Positions 22,750 through 34,524 of a stretch of 64,000 bases of DNA are shown one piece after another. The stretch is from Vermamoeba vermiformis (Eukaryota), in NCBI GenBank assembly GCA_045837725.1, contig JBEWZL010000145.1, positions 1-64,000 on the forward strand, read 5' to 3'. The notes under the pieces were generated by a model that was not told the DNA's origin, searched no databases, and saw nothing but the letters and a program-made list of their open reading frames with translations. The first letter of the stretch is position 1. Each line of letters begins with the position of its first letter. Made by a program: the position numbers and the translations under genes.

Positions 22750-24803
22750 ATGGCACAAAATCGCTTGGTATTATTTGTCGTTGCTCTGCTCATTGCCAGC
22801 AGCATTGCAGCACGAGATAGAATCACTGGCTTGCCTCATCAGGAAAAATCAGCAGCATCTAAAACTTATGGAGGCTTCGTAAACGTTAACCAACAATACG
22901 GAGCTAATTTATACTACTATTTCATCGAGTCTCAAAACTCTCCTCGTGATCCGTTGATTTTGGTAAAACGCCTTCGAAAAATCAAAATAATTATTTTTTT
23001 TACTAATAATTTTATTTACAGTGGCTTCAAGGTGGCCCTGGTTGCTCCGTAAGTATAATCAATTAATAGATTAAAATAATTAATACTTGATTAGAGCTTA
23101 TTTGGCACTTTTGTTGAAAACGGACCTTCGCTCGTTCAGGATGATGGAACTTTCAAATCAAATCCTTGGGCTTGGTAAGCATATTATTCATTAAAATTTG
23201 CACATGTAATAACAACAGTTATTAGGACCACTAACGCAAGTGTCATCTGGGTCGACAGCCCTGTAGGTAAGATCCTCGAGAAAACTCGTTCTGGATCGCA
23301 AGTTTATCGTTGAAAATTTAGGTACTGGATATTCATACGTCGAGAATAGCGATGGCTATGCTACAAACGAAGAGACTATCGCTCAAGAATTGCTTACTTT
23401 ATTGCGCACATTTTTGTTCAAGCTACATCCGGAATACTCTTCAGTTCCCTTCTATATCTTCGGTAAAATACTATAATACCTCTTATACTACCAACATATA
23501 CTAATTTTATCATTTTTAGGCGAAAGCTATGCCGGAAAATACGTTCCTTATTTGACGTACACAGTGCTTCAATACAACACCAATTCTACGCAAAAAATTA
23601 ATTTGTCGGGCATTGGTGTGGGCGATGGTTGGGTCTCACCTTACTATCAAACTACGCCTTTCTTGTACAACAACGGTCTGATCAACGAGCTCGAAGTCGT
23701 TACTGCTGACGGCTTGTACGAGACTTACAAGGTACGAAATAATTATAATAGTGATATAGAAAGGACGTACAAGCTTATCTTTGTCGTTTAGGGCTTGTTG
23801 GATATTGGTTTGTACGATCTCGCAGATTCGATCGGCAACAGTTTGTTGGGCTTGCTCACTGTGGAAGCTGGTATGGTTATTGTAATGTTATAGTGCTTAT
23901 TTCCTATATTCATATGACTTTTAGGCGGCATTGAAGTATACGACATCCGGTAGGTGTTTTAACATTTTTTTCCTCGATCTGTACGGCCTTAAGTATTATT
24001 TGATGAAAGAAAATCATTAGTGTTACGCCTTAGCATTATAAAATTAGTATAACGTAATGTTATATATGTTAACCGAGTATTATTTATAGAAAGACTGTCG
24101 ATCCCACCGATGCTTTGTTGGATGTCTTGACTGACTACCTTAACAAGCCTGATGTGCGTATATATTCACAATATATAAACTACGAAGCATACTAATATAT
24201 ATTTCGATTAGATCCGCAAGAAGATGAACGCAGGTAACAGCCAATGGTCTGGATGTGCTGATGATCCGTACTTCTACCTCGCGGGAGATATCGAAAAGTC
24301 TTCGGAGAAATTGTTCCCTAAGATCTTGGCTGCTAATGTCCCCGTATTACTATACAACGGTATGCCTTCATTCTTTCCAACTTTTCTTTCGGCGATCGCG
24401 GATGTACTGGACGAAACTAACTAATTTTTTATTGGTTTAGGCAACAAGGACCTTATCTGCAATATGTTGGGCACCACTACTTGGGTCGCGAACATGCAAT
24501 GGCCGTACAGCGAGCAATGGAAGACCGCCAAGAACACCACTTGGTACGTCGATGGCGCTGAAGCAGGTTATTACCGCTCTTACAGCTACTTGACGCACCT
24601 TATTGTCGAGAACGCCGGTCATATGGTAAGCCTCATATATATTATCATATTCACATCTATAGAATTTATTTTTCGTGATCGCTGTGGATGTGGCAGCACT
24701 TTCATTCTCTAACTCGTTGTTATTATATTAGTCTCCTTATGATCAGCCCAAGAACTGCCACGATCTCGTGAACAGATTCATGAAGGGCGGATTCAAGCCT
24801 TAG
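22750..24803 (+). CDS. Serine carboxypeptidase (peptidase S10)
   Basis: WLQGGPGCS, ENGP, DSPVGTGYSY, GESYAGKY, GVGDGW, LYNGNKDLIC and AGHMSPYDQP across ~14 exons. Confidence 0.95.
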
Positions 24804-25350
24804 AAATAGCATATGCAGTGGCACCTTGCCTTATTGACGTCTATCGTAATCACTCTTACTTCACCAGCAGTAAGCTAGCAATAAAGGTGTTAATTACTAA
24901 TGCATTCGTAGTATTTGCTTATATGCGGATCATGCGACTGATTGTGGCTGAGATGATATCATTTCATAAATTATAATAAGTGACGCCAGATCTGCAAGAC
25001 GAAACTTCATTCGGAGGCGGTGTTAGGTGTAATCAGTATACATATAGTAATGTAGGTAACGGATCGGATATTATCCACAAACGTCGTTGTCAATCTGTCA
25101 GTTAAAGTTTAGAATTCCATATTACACTACAATCACATTGGATCAAAGTACATTTCTTGGTACCTAATACTAATGTCAAGCATTATAATAGATTATATGC
25201 CCTTACTATCATCTTAGTATCCCATTTTTCATCCACAAACATATAAACAGCCAAGCTTATAATTGATCCGAAAAAGTATAAATAGAGTTACAACGAACTT
25301 GTTTAATTCATTAATTAATATAATCTACCTCACACAACACAACACCACAA

Positions 25351-25587
25351 ATGGACGGTACTTGCGATTGGGAGAAGGCTTTAACGAAGGTCTATGGCCC
25401 GTTGACGAAGACGTTAGGCAAATGGGACAAGTTTGGATCGAACAAAGTGACGTTTACTTTTGACAAAGTAACGAAGATTGGAAGCGACAACGTTGTTTAT
25501 GTGTTCGGCAAGGTCGATAAGATTGGTAGCAAGAAAGTCGTAAGAGTTTTTGACAAAGTAACGCAGATCGGAGACACCAAGGTTTAA
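25351..25587 (+). CDS. 78-aa intronless protein made of 15-residue repeats, unknown function
   Basis: ATG preceded by an A/C-rich leader and TATAAATA (~25278). Repeats KVTFTFDKVTKIGSD / NVVYVFGKVDKIGSK / KVVRVFDKVTQIGDT. Confidence 0.7.
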   Translation: MDGTCDWEKALTKVYGPLTKTLGKWDKFGSNKVTFTFDKVTKIGSDNVVYVFGKVDKIGSKKVVRVFDKVTQIGDTKV

Positions 25588-26117
25588 AATCTCAAAAATC
25601 CAACAATTTAGTCTGTAGATGCCATTATTCATTAATAATAGCATAGTGTATCAAATAGTAATAAATTAATGCTTTGGCTCAGCTAATCGCTGCAGATTCC
25701 CTCAGTTGATAAAACCTAACTTTGTCCAAAGATGGATGAGGCACAAATCTAGTTTATTTACTTCCTTATTATTAACCGCTTTAGAGCCACCAGTCTCGTG
25801 CTACTTTGGTTATCTTCTTGTACTCTAAATCAGATCCGGTTTATGACAGTTACTGATAATTCAGCTACAACGTTGGAAAAAGGAACCGATCATCGCTACT
25901 GTGCTATACTGCAATTCTAAGTGTAATTTTTGCGGGGTTGTACTGCGGCTGTCTTTTTCCGAAGAATTTCTGCGGAAAATAAAATTTGTCTTGTTTATTA
26001 CGGATGCAAGAGCGTAATTTCATTTTGTTACTCTCGCTATGAAGCGTCAACATATAGCTTATATAAAGCAACTTCAAATACCAAAATCTATTGAAAGAAT
26101 TATTGGTGCCCACAAAG

Positions 26118-28124
26118 ATGAACGAGGACGTAACGATATCACCCTACGAACTTGAACGATTGCAGAAAATCAATCGTAATAAAGAATTTTTAAAAATTAT
26201 TGGATTAGATCAGCCGGCTATAACGTAAGTATTGAAATAATTAATTTTTAAACGATCCGGGATTTAATTCAGAAAATGCGTGAAGAATTACTAATACGCA
26301 TAAATATCATTTATAAATATTATATCACGGTTATTAAAAATAAATACGTATTAATTTGGGTTATTAGGGTTGAACGAAAAAAGAAAACGGATTCTGATCC
26401 GTCGAAAAAAACCAAAAAAAGAAAAGAACCATCAAATGATTACTTGGAATTTATGGACCGACGTAAATCTCAACGATTATCAACGAAGGTGAGTTAATTA
26501 TGAAATTTTTGAGTTGATAAAAATTAATTAACAGATGTGTGCAATTTAACGAGTTCGAGATTGAACTAACTTATTGTATTATATAGCCAACGATAAAATA
26601 TGTAGAAATTGAAAGAGAAAATGAAGAATTTGTTTCTAAAAAGCGAAGAGTAAGTTATCTACCGAAATTTTCGTGCACGATCCAAATCCGTTCAATTTCC
26701 TTGTTTTTCATTAGTATGGTCCTAATATCATTATATTATAGAAAATTAGCTCTAATATGGACGAATCGATCTTAGCAGCAATGAACGTACCAACTGTAAC
26801 GGAAGAATCGACGTGCCATCATTGCCGCAAGAAAACTAATTTGCTCAAGGCCATGTGCAGCAAATGTACCTTAAAGTAAGTACACTATTCAATATAGCAC
26901 CATATTTAACCATAACCATAATAAAACAACGAAATATATAAAATTTTGGATTTGCTGAAAATAAATCCAAATTAAATAAATAATAGATATGGCTATACAA
27001 TACTAACATTATGATTAGGTTCTGCCACCGCTGCTTGTTCTTAAAGTACGACCAGTATTTTGAACACGTAATTCAAGACTCGATCTGGCAGTGCCCTGTT
27101 TGTCAAAAGACGTGCACGTGCGCCAAACATAAGACTAAATTTGGAACCTCGAGCGAAGAGGTTCAAGAAAGCTCTTTGGAAGATGATATGGACTATCATA
27201 TGAGCCAAGTACGTTTAATATTTAATTTTGGATTTATTTTTACTAGAAATTCGTGGCTAATTTTCCAGCGAGAATTATTAATTTTATTTTTCTTTTCATG
27301 AACAGGACACTAGCACACTCGACTCTGATATTGACGAGGATGAACCGCCGCCGATCGACGGCCGTGTTAAAAAAGTTACCAAACGATCTAAAAATAGCAC
27401 GGACAATTTCCTAAAAAGGCAACAAAAGCCTTCACTAGCACTGCCGTTACCTACATTTCCAAAATTGGAAAAGCTCGTACAATCGATCGTGTCAAAACCA
27501 AAGACTGACACGACGACTGCGACCCCTACGAAGAGCTTGTTCATGAATTCACCGTTCATGAACGGCACAAAATTGACATCTCATCCTTTCCTCGCAATTC
27601 ATCAGACTGAAGAAGATTCAGATCTGTCTGTGCAGGATGAAGACAGCGAGAACGACGAGGGAGATGATCAATGCGAAGAAGACGGCGTGTATTATGTGGA
27701 CAAGATCTTGCAGAAACGTGTCAATGCCAAGGTAAGGCTTTGCAACTATTTATTAGGCCATACTCACTTCGTAAAAATTCTTCCGATCAGATCCACTTGA
27801 ACTCAAATATTTATTATTTTTAATTATTCGAATAACCATTTTATTAAATATTATACGATAATAATATTATTAATGTCTACGACTGTTTACTTTCTTAAAT
27901 GATGTGTTTTGCGGTATCAGTTATTAATTTCCTTTTATGGTAATTTCCAGGGCATAACAGAATACTTCGTCAAGTGGGAAGAATTCGATGACTCGCAAAG
28001 CATGTGGCTGACAGAAAAAGAGCTGATTGGCTGCGCAGAGATCATTCGCGCATTTGAAACGGACGGCACGCACTTGCCGCACGCAAAGAAACAGTTCAAA
28101 GTTGTGTTATATACTCCTATTTAA
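26118..28124 (+). CDS. zf-4CXXC_R1 (CDCA7-like) zinc finger + C-terminal chromodomain protein
   Basis: N-terminal SPYELERLQKINRNKEFL, finger CHHCRKK..CSKC..FCHRCL..Y..WQCPVCQKTCTC, and chromodomain YYVDKILQKR|..EYFVKWEEFDDSQSMWLTEKEL. Confidence 0.82.
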
Positions 28125-28342
28125 TACTATAGCATTGGTATAGTATTCATTTTGTTATTATTTTTCCTTGTAGATTTGTTTTATTTTTCGGTACGTAAAA
28201 GGATCTTATTTTTAAAATTTCGACAATTTTCTTAGAATAGAATGTTAGGTAAAATTGTACAATAATATTATATGGAGCTCTTTAAAAGAGTAAATTAATT
28301 CATTAACAGGAATTTCGCTAGATCCGGAAAAGAAAAAGAAGA

Positions 28343-28403
28343 GACAGGACGGTCCCGATCCACCCACGTGGTTTTTAATGAAAGGAATTGACAGGACCGT
28401 CCC
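28343..28403. promoter_or_regulatory. Duplicated 14-mer GACAGGAC(G/C)GTCCC flanking a CACGTG box, upstream of the kelch-EGF gene
   Basis: Copies at 28343-28356 and 28390-28403 differ at one base. CACGTG lies at 28365-28370 and a TATA-like element follows at ~28417. Confidence 0.4.
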
Positions 28404-28472
28404 AATTAGCGTCACTTATATACGTTACACAAATCTAAACCAAAATCTACTAGATTCGAGCAACACAAAGCC

Positions 28473-30289
28473 ATGCAATATAATTTAATAGTAAGCGCTT
28501 GCCTTCTCGCTTCTTTATTCCTGTTCGGATCCGTCCAAGCAGGTGCACCGATATGGATTTCTCCAACCAACGTTAATTACAGTAAGTAATATTAATATTG
28601 ACATACAGCGTATTTTCGGGACTCAAATTTAATATCAGTTTTCGCATCTTGACTGATCCGTTCGCAGCTTATCCATCGGACTATTTTGAAAGATACGCGG
28701 CCGGTAAAGGTGTTTGGGCTACTATCGATGTCGGCGCAGGTTCTCGCGGTGCAGCACCAAGCGTTCTCATGGACACGAAGGGCATTCTCTGGATCTTGTT
28801 CGGTGCTCAACGGCGCGACGGCTCAACAGCCTATGATCTGTTTAATGTATGGAACTACAACCCCAAAACCGACCAGTATCGCTATGTCTGGGGAAGCAGT
28901 GCGACAGGAGCAACAGGAGTAAATCCGCGCAATCCTGGAGATCTCCGAGTTCCAAGTGTTACGAATCACCCTGGAAATATTCGCAACGGAGGAGCTACTA
29001 TTGATAACAACGACAATATCTGGCTCACTACTTGGCGCGTCAACGGAGAGCTGTGGATGTTCAACACTTCATCGTGGGTCTTTACGCGCATGTTCGGACT
29101 CGACGGTGTAAACGACGTGCCGAGTCTAGGCGCTAATCCTGGTCAGCCCGGAGAAGACGTCTGGCCTGGCAAAGTACAAGGCCCGTGCTTGCTTAGTGAC
29201 TCGCAGAACAACCTCTGGATGCTTGGTGGTGCTGGATCCGACGGACCCCCAAACAACGCTGTTTGGCACTTCAATACGACTTCATACTTATGGACGTACA
29301 TTTACGGCAGTGTTACGGCACAGTCTATCACTCACAACGCGACATTCTACGGTGGCGTGTGGCTGGGGGGTTGTTTCATGGACGACAACGATCGTGTCTG
29401 GTTGTTCGGTGGCTACGGCCAATCCGCCAAAAGCTCAGGCAGTTACGCGAGCATTTGGACATTCGACACACGTAGCAAGCGACAGTACGAACTGGAGTAC
29501 GGCCCCAACACGTTGGACATCACGCCTCAAGTCGTGTCAGAAGATTTTCATGCGGACAATCATCCCGGTGGTTGTCAAGGCTCGCTGCTCGTTGATCGAA
29601 AGGACGGCACGCTATTGGTCGTTGCAGGCTACGGCAAAAATGCAATCGGATATTGGGGTGGAACTGACCTCGTATGGCTGTACAGCAAGCCTCTGAAGCA
29701 ATGGAGGCTTCATAGTGGAAATCTCAGCGCTTCTGAAAGCCCTGGTTCATTCACCCACTATCGCGAACCTGGATCGGAATTTCCTGGCACTGCTTTCTTT
29801 GGTCGCAGCGATGGCAAAAATATGAACGGCGATGTCTATATTGTTGGTGGTGGAAACAATTTGTACTACGAGCTTAGCCGCAAAGACATTTGGTTCATTT
29901 CGATGGATCAATGTTCCTCATCCACATCCAACAATTGCGATCCGAACGCTAACTGCATCGAAGAGATGTTTGGATACTCATGTGCCTGTAAAGAAGGATA
30001 TTCAGGCGATGGCTACACGTGCACTGCTGGTCCTAGTGTGATTTCTCCCTCGCCCAGTACATCTCCAGTCGGATCCATTCCTTCAGGATCTCCTCCTTCC
30101 GGATCCACTCCTTCGTGGTATACTCCCTCAGGATCTACGCCCTTATCAAATCCTATTGCACCGATTATGTCTCCTGCAGTACTGGCACCCGTTGCATTGA
30201 TTACGTCTCCTGGAGTAGAGAAAACAAGTATTGCCTCGTTAATGACTTGGTCGTTAGTTGTATTCGTAGTACTTGCATGCCTTATTTAG
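28473..30289 (+). CDS. Secreted kelch/galactose-oxidase-like beta-propeller + EGF + S/P stalk + GPI-type tail
   Basis: Signal exon from 28473, repeated D..n.lWlfGG.G...vW.f..W motifs, CDPNANCIEE..YSCACKEGYSGDG, GSTPS repeats and a hydrophobic end. Confidence 0.85.
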
Positions 30290-30373
30290 TAGGTTACTTA
30301 CTGCGAATTTGTACTGAGATTAAATAAAACCATTTTCTTGGAAATTAACGGCGTATTTTTACTGCCAACAAAG

Positions 30374-32020
30374 TTAGAATAACAGGAAAAGGCTTGCCAA
30401 TATTGCCACTGATGAGCCTATAGTTAAGTGAGTAGCGAATGAAGTAGTTCCGCTCGGTGTGGTCGGATTATTGTTCGGCGAAGGATTGTTGTTGCTGGTG
30501 GGTTGTGAGCCACTGCTGGGCGTGTACGAGCCAAATCCAGCTAATTGACTGCGGAAATTAGTCCACATATCCTCGCAGAAGGCACTCGTATAAGACGGAC
30601 TGCCCTTGTCAGCATTCGTAAAATGTAACGCCGGGTAACGACCAATGCCGTCGCTTGAATCCTTGTCTAAAATGCAGCCACCCTTGCCATCAGGTCCGTA
30701 TGTAATTCCGAAGTTAGAAGGTACGCCATCGAAGCCAGCGCACGGATCTGGTTGGGTCCAAGTACCATTCCAAACAAATCTCTCGGCAAATTCGTAGAAA
30801 ATTGGTCTATTAACTACGAGCTGGACTTCAGGGAACATATATGCAACGAGAGCTATAGCTTTGAAGTTGGGCGCGTTGATCGATTGGTAAGATCCACCAG
30901 GAGCTTCGCCTCCGTCAATGAAGCCGTACGGATCTGGCGAAGTTCTTGCGCCAGTCTGGTTGATCTGATTGACCCAATAATTGGATTCGCTAATTCTAGT
31001 AATTTGGCCCCATAAAGCTTGACCCTCATTGCCGCGGACAATAGATTCGAATTCGCCAAAACTTGTCGAGTTGATTACAGGCAACATAATCTCGCCACCA
31101 TTGAGTAAAAATGCTGCATATGCTAGGGGCACTAATCTTCCAAGGGCGTGGCCTCCGTCAGCGGGGAATTGGGTTCCTGAGGAGATGCATCCGAAAAGAT
31201 CAACTCCGTATTGCAAGTAGTTAATAAGTGCAGGCATTTTCTCTTGGATGGTGTCGTTAAGTATGAGTCTAAAAGCAGCCTCGTTAATGCTCATCACCAT
31301 ATCTCCTCCATAATTCGGCATTGCTTGCAGCGGATGGATGTAACCGCCAGTCCAAGAAGTCATGTAGTCAACCCAAGGCATGGAGAAGTTGGTAGCAATG
31401 GCGTCGAGGCTAGGGATATTATTTGACACGGGCATCGGGAATACAGGCAGTCTTTCGGTTCTAAGATCAGCAGATGACCACAAAGATTTTGTTGATCCAG
31501 CATAACTCGGTCTAAAAATAGTAGCGCCGTCGTTGGGAGGCTTATTCATCAATACGGTAAGTACTGCAATCACATCTACGGCCGGTCGGCAATTAGAAAC
31601 GCAATCTGTTCGACTGATCGATGACAGAACTGACGAATCTGCGTTGATTGTGAGAGGAAATGTCGTAACGCCAGCATTGGCATTCCAATCGGGGGCGCGA
31701 GAGTCAAATGCTTGCTTATCAGCGGCTGTAGGGTTCACCATCGTTCCATTTCGTTGCGCATTTGGCGCGGGAGAAATGGATGTGATTGAAATAGGACCAA
31801 GCACCCAGTAATCGCCATTAACGAATTTTCCGCTAGTGTATTGCTTGTTGAAGGTCCATGTAACGCCATACTGCGAGATACTGCTGACTTGAACTGTCTC
31901 GGCCGAGATCAAGCACAGAACAGCTGCCGCAACTCGAATAAATATTTTAGTAACGAATTAACTTATTAATTATTAAATACAAATTAACTTACTGATGAGG
32001 CGTGTAGTTATACTCGTCAT
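30374..32020 (-). CDS. Secreted GPI-type protein with bacterial-like domain of unknown function
   Basis: Short signal exon plus a 512-aa exon beginning ISQYGVTWTF..GKFVNGDYWV, with an N/P/S/T stalk and a hydrophobic tail after TTSFA. Confidence 0.75.
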
Positions 32021-32335
32021 TTTGATAAAAAGATTTGTTTTCTTTGGCTCCCATTTAAACCTGTAATTTCCGAATCACATTAGGACAAAACGTCAATCAG
32101 CTATCATTTATCATACTGCAAGTATCAGCAGCTACCACAAAAATAATTACTTTTGTAGCATTCAGTGTTAGGTATAAACTAAGCTCACCATTAGTTGTAG
32201 CTTATCTTGTTTGAGTTGATCTGGGCGAGTCCAACGACAGGATCTAATCGCACATTGGCGAGCTTGCGTCGCTTTTAAGCACGAAGTATTAATGGAGTTA
32301 GCTGCACGTGATATTTTAATGTCAAGTTGGATCCG

Positions 32336-34109
32336 CTAATCATCCATGACATCGCCAAACTCCAAGAGACCAGATCCCGCATCTGGATAACTATATTTGG
32401 CATAGGCCTTACGTAATCTCCCGCGCAAACGGGGCAAACAGTTGTTGGGCGGGTTTTGGATCCAGGGATGGTTCAGCGCATCCGCGACTCTGATCCGCTC
32501 TTCAGGCTCATAGACATACATCTTCAGCACCAAGTCCTTGAGCTCCGCAGAGTAGTCGTCGTACTCGTCCTGTGTGCCCTCGTGCGTTTCATCGTCTACA
32601 GGGAACACAACGCCTTCGCGCATGATGGCCATGTACGCTTTGATCGGAGCCAGATCCGGATACGGATTGATGCCGAGCAGAAAATAGTATAGAAATGCGC
32701 CTATAAATAGACCAGTCATTAGTAACAAATCAAGGTTAGTCTGAAAAGAATATCGTATGACAAAAAATCGTTGATAGATTAGCTTGCCTATGTTCCAGAT
32801 ATTGGCTGCTTCAGCACGAGCAGGTTGGTCAATGAGATTGCAATTCTCGAGTGTTCTTAACGGATTGCCACGAGGGAACGACCGACGCACCACGCTGTGG
32901 CCATAGTCGAACAGTTTGAACTCGATCTGTGTCACAGTAGCAATGTCAATTTAAGAATTCATGAAGAAATATTCGTTCATGAACGGTTGGTTCAATGAAC
33001 GAAAAAATAAAGTATTACCAAATAAGGCAATTTCAACTGGTACGTACCCAATCACCCTTCGCATCGTAGATCATATTCGGTGGATCCAAAAATAGATTCA
33101 ATCCGTGCTCGCTCAGATATTTCACGCCTTGTAACATGTCTTTGACTAATCTCGCGATTTTTTTCTCCGTAAATTCTCCGCTGCTGGCACTTAAGATATA
33201 CTGCCACGCGCTGTTCTCGACGATAGACTCGTGCAAAGTATACATTATATCATCGCGCCGGAACTGCCGTACGGGCATGATGACGTTTGGATGCGGATCG
33301 ATCGTTCTGCGGAGGCGGTTCCAATAATTTTCCATATTTGGGTTGTTCTCGTCTCCAAAAATTTCATCGTCCTTATCAATGTACGAGTGCGTAAACAGCA
33401 CCGTCAGTCCATTGCTTTTCTGATCCAAAAATTAATTTGTTTTTCGCTTTAAAGTTATCTCGATTGGTATAAGGCGGTATAATCCTATTAAATTGTATCA
33501 AATTCAATCTTATGAAAATGTCTATCGAATTTAATTCTGTCACGAGGAAATTTCGTGGGGTGGAACGTAAAAACGTACTTGTATTTTAAAGGTCATATTC
33601 ATCACTGATGGAAGGTGCACCGTCAAATGCGGTATATTCGGCACGTTATTACTCGCATTTTCTTCTTTATAAATTCTGCGAAGTTGTTCGAACGAAGTGA
33701 TAAAGTACGCTCCACCACGCTCTAAAAATAGCTTGAGATAATCCGCTAGGGTTAAAATTAATCAGTACATATAGTAGTAGTAAATAAGCATAATAATATA
33801 GTTCTATCGTCAGAAATTTGCTGGCAATTTATGATAATTTTTTCGGCAGATGCGATCTCGTTACAAAATTTAAATTAGTATCAAATAGTCTATTAACCTA
33901 CTTATATCATGCAGGGGATATGTAGGCCAATATTGTGCGCATTTCTTCTTCCAGAGTCTTTGGCTCGTTAATAATTGTCGCCATTTTTTACAAACAATTT
34001 GAAATCTAATTAATTTCGGTTATAATAATTCTTAAAATATTATTCAGTATTACCTTACGCAATATTCGACCGGTAAGTGTTCGAAAATTACTGAATAAAT
34101 GTCCTCCAT
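32336..34109 (-). CDS. F-box + degenerate CAMK-like kinase domain (pseudokinase, possibly disabled)
   Basis: MEDIYSVIFEHLP..|..VCKKWRQLLTSQRLWKKKC at the 5' end. Kinase remnants HPNVI, MLQGVKYL, KLFDYG, NIWNIG, LLGINPY and ERIRVADALNHPWI. The middle exons could not be joined cleanly. Confidence 0.6.
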
Positions 34110-34524
34110 TTAATTAACGCCTCCTGAATTTTCAGTTAGCAAGATCTTTTCAGTAGGCTTCGAAATACGTCTATATAATTCGCCTATTGATTCTTTTTTT
34201 TATAATATACCAACCTAATGTTGTATCGCTTGGCGGTTGAAAAAAAAATTGTGTCCGCAGCTGCCAAAAAATCGTGGATGCTCGTGGCTTCCAAAGGTAG
34301 AATCACGTGACAAGTGGTCAAGCCGGTTTCAAGTCCGTGCAAGCGTCGGAAAAAACGTCCTACGGACCAACGGGTTGGGGTCTTAAAAAAGAGTAGTAAT
34401 AGAACCAGACCTATGCCATCGCCTTCCTACAAGTGTCACAAATGTCAACAGGATCCGGCTAAGCAGTATTGTCGCATTTTTTAATCGCTTAAAAGATGGC
34501 TCTGCGGTTTATTGATTAAGCAAC

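Noticed and set aside
34305-34345. tRNA-like A/B box words (TGGTCAAG, GGTTTCAAGTCC)
   Set aside because: The boxes are too close together, and no acceptor or anticodon stems can be formed.
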